Part shown: positions 13,383 to 23,049 of the stretch, in pieces | Numbering within the stretch: the first letter of the stretch is position 1 | Layout: the number at the start of each line of letters is the position of its first letter | Made by a program: the position numbers and the translations under genes | Assembly: GCA_900128395.1 (NCBI GenBank) | Contig: LT649331.1 | Span: forward strand, 1-37,141 | DNA: 37,141 bases | Direction of reading: 5' to 3' | Source of the DNA: Stramenopiles sp. TOSAG23-2 | Lineage: Eukaryota | Notes under the pieces: generated by a model | What the model was told of the DNA's origin: nothing | Databases searched by the model: none | Seen by the model: the letters and a program-made list of their open reading frames with translations, nothing else

Positions 13383-15188
13383 TTAATAAGATCTTCCCCA
13401 TAATGCCCATGCAGTTGCTTTTTTATTAAATCCAGGGCTACCTTTAGTTGAAGTAAAACATAGTTGATTTTCAGGCATTGGAGGTTGTGCAAATGGTATA
13501 CATAAAGTTTTAGCAGCACCAGTCAAACCTTTGCCATCATCCTCTTCAACGGTTTCGCCTGCTTTTGCTTTTTTCGCAATTTCACGTTGTCTGTACTCAT
13601 CTTTCGTTGTATTTTTTACCCATACTTCAGATTCGATCAATTCACACCAAGGTGCTAATACCATATGGCCTTTGTCCAATGCTGCTGTAAAATTTTCCCA
13701 CTTTGTAACAATAGATATACAAGAATCTCGTTCACGTCTTGCTTTGTCTAACATCGATAATTGGATATTTTCTAATAATTCCTGTACGTTATTGACAATT
13801 GTATTATCAGATGGCACGGTTGCTTTGCTTTTCAAATCATCGCGCCTAACTAATACAGCTTGGTTAGCTTTCATTTCATTGCTTCCAATTTCTATTCGAA
13901 TTGGTACACCTTTTTGCTCCCAATAACTCATTCTCCAACCAGCAGTTTTCTCTCTTCTGTGGTCTACTTTCACTCGGACACCAGCATTTTTTAATTTCAA
14001 ACCAAGATCATCTGCTTTATCAGCCATTGCTTCAACTGCTTCTTTTGAATCTGCAGCTTTTGAAATGTATAGAATGACTACTTGCAATGGCGCAACGCGA
14101 GGTGGCAATACAAGGCCATTGTCATCGCCATGAACCATGGTTAAAACACCTATGGTACGAGTAGTTAAACCCCAAGAATTTTGTATAGGAATTTCTTTGC
14201 TTTTCCCATCTTCAGTTTCATATTTAATATTAAATATTTTCCCGAAATTTTTTCCTAAACAATGCGATGTTGCACCTTGGACGGCACGACCGACCATTGG
14301 TATAAATGCTTCCACTGTTGTCGTGTAAAATCCACCTGGAAAGCGCTCTTTCTCGCTCTTACGACCTTTAATTACAGGCACTGCCATCAATTCCTCATAA
14401 ACACGTGCATATAAATCCAATATTTCAAGGACTTCATTATCCGCTTCCTCCTGAGTTGCAAATGCACTATGTCCTTCTTGCCATAAAAATTCTCTAGTCC
14501 GTATAAATGGTGTTGGATTCTTAAATTCCCACCTAACCACATTAGTCCATTGGTTCAATCGTATAGGTAAATCTCTGTGACTGCGTATCCATTTTGAAAA
14601 TATTGGATACATAATAGTTTCACTAGTTGGGCGTATAGCAACAGGCTCTGCTAAATCACTTTGACCACTTTTTGTTACCCATGCAACTTCCGCAGCAAAA
14701 CCTTCTACATGATCCGCTTCTGCTTCCAATGCACTTTTACTCACAAAAATTGGGAAGTAACATGGTTCAACACCAGACTTCTTAATCTCTTCACTGAAAA
14801 ATTCTTTTATAAATTCCCATATTTGAAACGACCATGGTCGTAAAATATAACAACCACTTACGGCAGGATAATATTCAATCATTTCTGACTTTGTAATTAC
14901 GTCTGAATACCAACCTGCAAAATCTTCTGATTTTTTACTTTGTAAACCTAAACCAGTAGTTTTCTTCTTTGATTTTTTCTTTTTACCACCTGCCGGTTTA
15001 TTTTTTTTACGAGCAGCTTTTGCTAATTTTTGTGCTTTTTTTAATTCACTTTTTGCTACTTTAAATTGTTCTTGGGCATTCTTTACCGCTTCAGCATCTT
15101 TCGCTGCATTTGCTTCTTTTAGTGCTATCCCACATTTAGTAACAGCAGCTGTTAATTCATCTATGTTAAAATTATTATTATCAGCCAT
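13383..15188 (-). CDS. proS: Cytosolic (eukaryote/archaeal-type) prolyl-tRNA synthetase with a helical WHEP-like N-terminal extension
   Basis: IRPTSETIMYP, NQWTNVVRWE, PFIRTREFLWQEGHSAFAT, QGATSHCLG, QNSWGLTTRTIG, GAAKTLCIPF and terminal GRSY. Confidence 0.97.
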   Translation of the reverse strand: MADNNNFNIDELTAAVTKCGIALKEANAAKDAEAVKNAQEQFKVAKSELKKAQKLAKAARKKNKPAGGKKKKSKKKTTGLGLQSKKSEDFAGWYSDVITKSEMIEYYPAVSGCYILRPWSFQIWEFIKEFFSEEIKKSGVEPCYFPIFVSKSALEAEADHVEGFAAEVAWVTKSGQSDLAEPVAIRPTSETIMYPIFSKWIRSHRDLPIRLNQWTNVVRWEFKNPTPFIRTREFLWQEGHSAFATQEEADNEVLEILDLYARVYEELMAVPVIKGRKSEKERFPGGFYTTTVEAFIPMVGRAVQGATSHCLGKNFGKIFNIKYETEDGKSKEIPIQNSWGLTTRTIGVLTMVHGDDNGLVLPPRVAPLQVVILYISKAADSKEAVEAMADKADDLGLKLKNAGVRVKVDHRREKTAGWRMSYWEQKGVPIRIEIGSNEMKANQAVLVRRDDLKSKATVPSDNTIVNNVQELLENIQLSMLDKARRERDSCISIVTKWENFTAALDKGHMVLAPWCELIESEVWVKNTTKDEYRQREIAKKAKAGETVEEDDGKGLTGAAKTLCIPFAQPPMPENQLCFTSTKGSPGFNKKATAWALWGRSY

Positions 15189-15225
15189 TTTTTTTTTTTT
15201 TAGTTTTATTATTATTTTTGTTTAC

Positions 15226-15420
15226 TATATTTCTCCTACTTATTTGTATATTATTATTAATTGTATCCTTATTCCTTCTACGTATATATATATAAGATAT
15301 GTATACAATATATCTACTATATATATTTCTCCTACTTATTTGTATATTATTATTAATTGTATCCTTATTCCTTCTACGTATATATATATAAGATATGTAT
15401 ACAATATATCTACTATATAT
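15226..15420. repeat. Exact tandem duplication, 96-bp unit x2
   Basis: ttctcctacttatttg... at 15231 and 15327. Confidence 0.9.
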
Positions 15421-15884
15421 ATATATAATATATATACTATGATGTATCTTTAGAACTAATATCCATACATCTGTATCTTATTCATTTATTTTATTATTTT
15501 TTTTATTATAATACTTCTTATTATTATTCTGGTAGTATTATTCTAATTACTATAGTATTCTAATTATATCATCATCATATCATCTATTATATTATTTCCA
15601 GCTGCCGCACAGACGGCAAGGACCCCTGCCTTCGAGATAAAAATTAAGTGTTATCAGGAAGTTATTTTGCCTATATAAAATTGTATTCTTTAAGTCAAGT
15701 ACAGATTTGGTTGGTTTGTGTTGATTGGTGGCGATGTTGTATAGTTACAATGAGGGTTCAGGATAACAGTTCTGTGTATATACTATTGACACCAATGGTA
15801 TGTCTATTCTAATCAAGTCCGTGTATTATTGGATGCTGTGTATATACTATTGAAAATCAATGCTATGGCTATGGTCACACTGTT

Positions 15885-15937
15885 TTAGGCCGTCACAGCA
15901 CTATTTTGTCGACAATTTACCTGCTATTGCGGCCTAA
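15885..15937. repeat. Degenerate palindrome / TIR-like element; the left 22 bp recur inverted at 35795-35816
   Basis: TTAGGCCG...TTGTCGACAA...CGGCCTAA; TAGGCCGTCACAGCACTATTTT (15886-15907) is the exact reverse complement of 35795-35816. Confidence 0.7.
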
Positions 15938-17410
15938 TTAGTGGCGACAAAACGGTAATGGTATTTCCATATAGCCAAGCGTGACATTCCAATTCCTATC
16001 ACTTTTCATTATGGCCGTCAATACGAGCATGTAACGCCGTGCGTTTTTTTGGTATAAAAAAGAGTATACTTAAGCTAATGATCAAATGTCGTTAGTGTTA
16101 TTTCATACTAAAAATGAATTTACAGATTTTTTTACTTTTTACTGAACCCTTTGATCTATCAGATAGAGTAGTAGAATTTTTAATTTAGATAGTAAAAAAT
16201 ATACTAATTATAATAAGTTATATTATACTTAAATATTTAAGAACTTATATACTTAATTTAAAGAATTTGATACCCATAGATCACGAGGCAGGGAATTCCT
16301 GTACTGATGGTGGCGGTAAATTTAGCTATAATAGATAGTGCTATTCTATGTACACTGATGTGTGGTGTAAAAAGTCTCGCGGAGCTAGGTGGAGCATAGC
16401 CCAGTGAGCCCCTGGTAGCCCATATAAAATGATTATAAAGTAAAGATATCCGTATTCTAATTGTCCTGGGTATGGTATCCTTAATCCTTAATCATACCTT
16501 TCAGCCGCCTGTCAATCCCACATAGTCAATAGCAATACGTCAATACTTACTAGTATAGTAGTACATTCAATATAGTAATATTAAATATTTTTTGGAATTC
16601 TGTGGATTCTGGAATTCCTAATTAGGGCTCTGGCAATACGTAGAGCTACTGTTAAGCTACGAGGATACTTGTAGTCTATAAACCATGCCAAATGCAACAA
16701 TTATTGCGCAACAATTATTTGTCGTGTATTACAAAACTGAATGAACACAGCATCAAAACCATTCTATAATTTTTTTGACAGTGCAACTTACCACCCCTCC
16801 AACTGTCTGTATTCATAGCACTAATATAGTGCTATATATTGAGACAACAAGTACACAATATATACTGCATATGGGGTCTCAGACTCTGTCGCATACTAAA
16901 AAATTTCCTATTTGTGCAACAAAAACATGTAATACCTGCCATTATTTTGTAATACCTATCCTGTTTTAGTATAATACAGGTCATATTTCAGCCATTTTTG
17001 TGCAACAATAATGTTGTGTAGAGCGTTGCATAATATGAGGTGGTGTTTGTGCAACAATTTTCTCAAAAACCAGCCATCATAATATTTTATTTTTGAACAA
17101 CACACATTTTGTTGTTGTTTGTCGTGTAATTTATTATAACAATTACACATGAAATGATGTACTGTTCAATCGATATATTTTTTTTGAGAGACACATAGAG
17201 AAAAAAATCCATTTAATCGTCTAGACGATTTATATATGTATAAAACATATACTCGTATATATATGCATACATGTATATATATATTAAATATTAAATAATT
17301 TAATTTATGATTTATGTGAGTAAATAAAATCTTTAAACTATAATAAATATGATAGTTAAAATCTAAGTTATAATAATTTTACACTTCTCGTGTTAAGTAA
17401 TATGCTCAAT

Positions 17411-17477
17411 NNNNNNNNNNNNNNNNNNNNNNNNNNNNNNNNNNNNNNNNNNNNNNNNNNNNNNNNNNNNNNNNNNN
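17411..17477. other. Assembly gap (67 N) flanked by an identical 35-bp sequence on both sides
   Basis: attttacacttctcgtgttaagtaatatgctcaat at 17376-17410 and 17478-17512. Confidence 0.98.
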
Positions 17478-17719
17478 ATTTTACACTTCTCGTGTTAAGT
17501 AATATGCTCAATACTCAATCGCAAGAATAATAAACTACGAAATAAATAAAAGAATTATTTTATATATGTACCAATATTATTATATTGATAAAAATATATT
17601 TTTAAAATAATTACACTACGAACGTACTAAAAACATTTGTGGGTATTTAGTCTACAAATATGATATTAATACGCGTTTATTAAAATATATTTATCATAAT
17701 TTTACCACGCACATAATTT

Positions 17720-17819
17720 ATTTTTTTTAATTTACTCATATGATAATTCCTACACTCTTCAAAAGAATACATTGACTGAGGCAATAAATATCTATCTCAC
17801 ACTAAGGTGCGTATGGACA
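17720..17819 (-). repeat. Dispersed ~95-bp repeat, copy 1
   Basis: Aligns with small indels to the reverse complement of 33170-33265 (tgataattcctac..aaagaataca..tgag.caataa.tatct.atctcac..atggaca). Confidence 0.8.
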
Positions 17820-17901
17820 CCTTTTATATTATAACATTATATCCATATATTGTGTATGCCATGTTACATATCATTATTACGAAGCGTCTCGTATATTTTT
17901 T

Positions 17902-19341
17902 TTACAACGATTTTAGAAGATCATCTATTTCTAATTTAGATTTCTTATCTTCTTCTGAAATTGCATCTTTTTCTAAAGATTTTAAAAGTATACTTTTTGC
18001 ATCTCCCTGTCTTTCCACTTTAATTAGACATTCAGCAAGACATTTCGTATTTGTAATCCAGAATTTATCCTTACCAGCTTGAACTAGTTTATTATGTCTA
18101 CTTTCAGCCTCTTCAAAGTATGATAAAGCTTCCTCCCAACTAGTCTGTGGCATTTTACCACCAAATATCCCGCTGATTGCTTTCTTTTCCCACCATGATG
18201 TTTCTAAAATACCTTTACACCATCTACCAAGCAAATGTGGTGGGGATGAATCTTCCTTACTTAAAAGATTTGCACGTTGCCAAAATTCTTTGACTGTAAT
18301 TAAATTGCCTACCATTATTTTGATCCCTTCATAAGCTCCAATTGCATTTAGCATAATGCCATACCATGTGTTACATTTGCTACTTTCTTTACCATTATTG
18401 TCCATAGCCATTTTCATATAATTGTAACTAATATAAATATATTCTTTTTTCTTTTCTTTACTAATGTTAGGTTGCTCTGATATATTATATGCTGCTCGAG
18501 CAGCCCTCCATAAAGTTTGACATTGATTTGATTCATTATTTTTCAATCGCTTTTCCAATATTTGTAACAATTCGCTCCAACGAGTACCTGATTTAGCCAT
18601 TTCATCTTCCAATTCGTAATTTTTCAATTCTTTATCATCCGCATTATTTTCTATTGTACCTACATTATTGCTGCCACCTAGATCAACTGCAACAACATTA
18701 TTATTATCAGTGTTCTCGGTAAATTTGTTTATCTCCGCATTATTAGAAGATGTTAAAGTACCAAGACGAGTCTCATTGTTGCTAATAATATTATTCTCCT
18801 CCTCATCATCATCATCATCACCTTCTTGAGTTTTCGAACGAAGCGGATCAATACCATTTGTTGCTATTCCCAGACCAATTGTAGTCCAGAAAAGTGGAGG
18901 AAATAATGGCAGCAACGTCGGATTAAAACTATTATGGACCGTTATAGCCTGTATTTCTGCCATGAAAATTAAAATTGATACGATATATATGTACAACATT
19001 TGCAATGTATTTCTCTCGATAGAAAGGCCTAATATAGATGTAGTATCTTCATCATCAGTTGTTATTTCCACTTCTCTCGTATTGAAGTTAGTCGAATGGT
19101 TGTTATTATCACCATCAATAACAAGACTTTCGTTGTCATCAATAGTATCATTTCTATAGTTGCTGTTACTATTTAAATTATCATTACTAGTACTATTGCT
19201 ATTATTGTTATACAATAAATATGAAGATACACCAACAAGAACAACAGTAGTGGATACTGCAGCTGCTATTAATGTATTGGAATCGGTTTGTTTGGTCACT
19301 TCTTCTATTGAACTTTCTACACTTGTATATATATTTCCCAT
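17902..19341 (-). CDS. Regulator of microtubule dynamics (RMDN/FAM82) family TPR-like protein with N-terminal membrane segments
   Basis: C-terminal LWRAARAAY, WYGIMLNAIG, HLLGRWC, SWWEKK and EALSYFEEAE match the RMDN domain pattern. The N-terminus has MG..., a TM helix and a second hydrophobic block. Confidence 0.82.
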   Translation of the reverse strand: MGNIYTSVESSIEEVTKQTDSNTLIAAAVSTTVVLVGVSSYLLYNNNSNSTSNDNLNSNSNYRNDTIDDNESLVIDGDNNNHSTNFNTREVEITTDDEDTTSILGLSIERNTLQMLYIYIVSILIFMAEIQAITVHNSFNPTLLPLFPPLFWTTIGLGIATNGIDPLRSKTQEGDDDDDEEENNIISNNETRLGTLTSSNNAEINKFTENTDNNNVVAVDLGGSNNVGTIENNADDKELKNYELEDEMAKSGTRWSELLQILEKRLKNNESNQCQTLWRAARAAYNISEQPNISKEKKKEYIYISYNYMKMAMDNNGKESSKCNTWYGIMLNAIGAYEGIKIMVGNLITVKEFWQRANLLSKEDSSPPHLLGRWCKGILETSWWEKKAISGIFGGKMPQTSWEEALSYFEEAESRHNKLVQAGKDKFWITNTKCLAECLIKVERQGDAKSILLKSLEKDAISEEDKKSKLEIDDLLKSL

Positions 19342-19475
19342 TGTATAATATGTAATTATATATATAACTTAATTTACTATAATATATCCTTCTATTGAAC
19401 TTTCTACACTTGTATATATATTTCCCATTGTATAATATGTAATTATATATATAACTTAATTTACTATAATATATC
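19302..19475. repeat. Exact tandem duplication, 87-bp unit x2, covering the RMDN start codon
   Basis: cttctattgaactttctacac... at 19302 and 19389. Confidence 0.9.
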
Positions 19476-20078
19476 TAAGAGATATTTTTTATTATATATA
19501 TATGTAACAAAAAAGAAACACCTAGTCGATATGTTTCAACACAATACTTATTTAATTTCCTTCACTACTACTTATTTCATTATTATCTATTATATATACC
19601 TACATGTATTATCAGGTGATGGTAGTTCTTATGATATTATGATATTACAAATATATATAATTCTGAGAATAATATATATATTTATTGAATTTATTCAACA
19701 TCGATACTCCGATCCTGTCACTAATTAAAACGATACACTATTGATTTTTAAAAATAGCATGTGTATATACATTCAAAAGAAAAAAAATGATTTTTATAAT
19801 AATTTTTTTTTAAATATATGCTTTGTTATAATTTTATATTTTTATACGTAAAATTAAAATTTATGATATGATACTTATGAATACACGTGCAAACTGTGTG
19901 TATTTCACCACACACATAAACTTTTTTATTTTAATATTATTAATATTCATATTATGATATTCATGCCAACATGAAAGGAGAGAAAAATAAATATAATATA
20001 TACCTCCTTCAATATCTTCTATCATACTTGTTTATTATAAAAAGAACCATGGTTCCTTTATTACAGATATAACAATAA

Positions 20079-22199
20079 TTACAATCGATAATCAATTTTC
20101 GTTGCTTGAACTCTAACTTGTTTTTGAACACACATTCCAACATCAACACAAATTTCCTCGTTTGAATAATCATGTAGATATTCCTTTGCTACTTGTGGTA
20201 GATTTTGTTGTATATTTTGTACATATTTTGTATATTTTGCTGGAAATTCTTTCAACATGCTTTTGCATGCTTTGCCCATTTCTGTGTATGTATTTGCAAA
20301 TTGCAATTGTTTGTTGTTTCGATCTTGCTCTCGTATTAAACCGCGTCTTCCCAATCGCTTTAAAGGTTTGCGACAATATGGCATGCCGTCCGGACAATGT
20401 ATGTTTGACATTGCATGGCCAGCGACTGCACCTGCTACACCAGCCGCAGCACTTGCTACTGATCCAGCGGCATTCGCTGCACTAGATAATGCACCACTGA
20501 CACTAGGAAATCCTTTCTCTTCCGAGGTTTCCAAGAAATTGTTCCCTTGTGGCAAATTTTTCATTGTTTTTGTATTATCCATACTATATGCGGTCAATTG
20601 CACGGTATCTTGCAACGGTTTGCCTGTACCAATTTGATCTCGAGGAGCCTTCGAAGTATCTATAAATCTTACATTTTGAATACCCTTGCTAGCAAGAGTT
20701 CTGCGCTCATTCTCCAATAACGTAGTTTCACTTGCTCTCAAGGCACGTTCTCTTGGCTCCATGTTATAATCATTCTTCAAGCGCTGCTCTAAATTTTGCT
20801 TATTTGGGATAAGTGTCTCATAATCTTTAAAATCTTCACTTGCTTCAACTGGATTAGTCACTTTTTCCTTCGTTTCAAGAAACATACCGCTAGAGAAGCC
20901 TGGGCCAGGGAGCGGGGAGTTGATCGGCAATGCGTTCGCAGCATTATTTCCTAAACCACTATTACTAATATCATAGGAAGCTGGCCCTGGGTACGTACCA
21001 TCACCATTGGAACTATATCCTTCATTGCTCCCTGTTAAATCTTTACCTGGAAAACCAATGTCACGCTCTAACCTTTCCATGACATAAACACACATGACAC
21101 ACATTTCATCTGTTGCTGCATTGTTTGGTGGAGTTCCACCTGGTACACTTGGTTTCGTAGGAGGAGGTGGCTTTGGAGTGCCAGGTTTGTCCTCAGGTTT
21201 AGTCCCTGGAGTTTTCTTTTTCTCTGGTGGACAATGTTTTTTTGCCATTTCCTTATCAAGGCCAAATGGTAATTTTTTTGCCATCTTGCATTTTGCTTTT
21301 GTCCACACTTCGTTCAATTTCTTTTTGCCTTCTGCTTTTGCTTTTTCCCAACCTTTATGTGCACCTGCTTTAATTTGATCCCCAATAGACCCTTTACGGC
21401 TTTTCATCGAACGTTTTCCTTCTAAAAATCTGAAATTGCTATCTTTTTTTTTGTTCAACAATTTGAAACTTTTAGGATGATTGCTTTTTTCCGAGAGTTC
21501 AATAAATGAATTTGGATGTGTCACTTTGTTATTATTCTTGTTCGAAACAACAGATTTCGATGCTAATGCCGTACTTAATGTTTTTATTTGGCTAGCAACA
21601 TTTTTTGTAACTTTAAACATATTTAACTTGCCAGCAATATGTTTTGCAGTTTCTGCTGCTTTACTATCACTATTTTCCATTTTAGATTGTTTAATAGCAT
21701 ATTGTACATGTGCTATATTGTTATTAAAATGTTTTGAATTTTTCTTCACTTTATCTTGTTCCATGATTTTCAATTGCTTTTTCAATCTCCAATTTGATAA
21801 AATATCTGATGGTGACATTTTTCCTTCTTGCAAAAGTGATAACGTATCACCTTTTGCAGTACTCCTAGCAACTTGTTTTTTTAGTTGTTTATATGTTGGA
21901 GCTGGAGGGCGTCCTTCAGCCCAATCAATTAATGAACGTACTCTATCCCAGTTATGTTCACGATCATACCAACGATATGCATGACCTGGCATTAAATTTC
22001 TTCGCAATGTTTTTTTTTCGTTAGCAGCAGCATGCACTAAATCATATGTAGTTTTTGCTTGGTGCAGTTTTAATTGTCGAAAAGCAATATTGTTCATTCT
22101 TTTACCAGGTGTTACTGATATTGTTAAACGTATATGAACGTGAATACACATTAATATCGTGAGTAACAATACAACATTATAAATTTTAATACGTAACAT
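20079..22199 (-). CDS. Secreted 706-aa protein with a split saposin-like domain and repeated F/L-L/I-E motifs
   Basis: Signal-peptide-like N-terminus; EMCVMCVYVMERLE (saposin helix 1) and C-terminal ACK...EEICVDVGMC; Pro/Lys-rich linker; intronless ORF. Confidence 0.72.
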   Translation of the reverse strand: MLRIKIYNVVLLLTILMCIHVHIRLTISVTPGKRMNNIAFRQLKLHQAKTTYDLVHAAANEKKTLRRNLMPGHAYRWYDREHNWDRVRSLIDWAEGRPPAPTYKQLKKQVARSTAKGDTLSLLQEGKMSPSDILSNWRLKKQLKIMEQDKVKKNSKHFNNNIAHVQYAIKQSKMENSDSKAAETAKHIAGKLNMFKVTKNVASQIKTLSTALASKSVVSNKNNNKVTHPNSFIELSEKSNHPKSFKLLNKKKDSNFRFLEGKRSMKSRKGSIGDQIKAGAHKGWEKAKAEGKKKLNEVWTKAKCKMAKKLPFGLDKEMAKKHCPPEKKKTPGTKPEDKPGTPKPPPPTKPSVPGGTPPNNAATDEMCVMCVYVMERLERDIGFPGKDLTGSNEGYSSNGDGTYPGPASYDISNSGLGNNAANALPINSPLPGPGFSSGMFLETKEKVTNPVEASEDFKDYETLIPNKQNLEQRLKNDYNMEPRERALRASETTLLENERRTLASKGIQNVRFIDTSKAPRDQIGTGKPLQDTVQLTAYSMDNTKTMKNLPQGNNFLETSEEKGFPSVSGALSSAANAAGSVASAAAGVAGAVAGHAMSNIHCPDGMPYCRKPLKRLGRRGLIREQDRNNKQLQFANTYTEMGKACKSMLKEFPAKYTKYVQNIQQNLPQVAKEYLHDYSNEEICVDVGMCVQKQVRVQATKIDYRL

Positions 22200-22633
22200 T
22201 TTATTTCTTTTGCTTTTTTATTATTTTTCACAGTTAACAGAAATATCCATGCACATGTATGTACTCTTGATATAATGTAATTATATAACAATCTGTTTGC
22301 TACTTTACAAATACACAACACTTCTGGTATTTATATGATATTGTAGTGTATATATAGTATACCAGTGGTGGTATATATAATGGTAATTTAGAAAATGTCC
22401 CCCTGGTTTTTTGTTTTTTTCTAGCACTTAATAAGGTTCCTCTTTAAATTTTTGCCTTGTTGTTCACAATGCTGTGTGTATGTTCTAAATGTAGTGCTAT
22501 TGACATGCTAATAGCATTGTACAAAGTTTAACATGTTGGATTGCAGAAAATACACCCATATTTTATATCCCTAACAGCCACTATACATATTTTATGTATA
22601 GAAGGAATCTGGAAATTCTCCACACACCTTCAT

Positions 22634-22819
22634 AGACTACACCAAGTATCGTGTTTGACACCATGAATACAGTGGGGGAAACTACATTGAACCTATGAAA
22701 CTGTATTTTTATTAACATTCGGCCTCAGACTACACCAAGTATCGTGTTTGACACCATGAATACAGTGGGGGAAACTACATTGAACCTATGAAACTGTATT
22801 TTTATTAACATTCGGCCTC
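22634..22819. repeat. Exact tandem duplication, 93-bp unit x2
   Basis: agactacaccaagtatc... at 22634 and 22727. Confidence 0.92.
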
Positions 22820-23049
22820 TTTTCAAATTCTTCATTATTATCGACAATGTATATATTTGAATAGCATATAAATATATATACGAACACGTAAATCTTCTCT
22901 ATTTGGTGTATGTAGTAATTACATATATATATCTAAAAATACACATTTCATATTATGTATATATATATATAATATATGACATATATATACATTATACTTT
23001 TGTTATATCATTGTGAATATATTTCTTGTATCATATTATTGTGTCTTTT

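Noticed and set aside
15753-16150. AGGGTTCAG / CTGAACCCT inverted pair as hAT TIRs
   Set aside because: Only 9 bp and no target-site duplication
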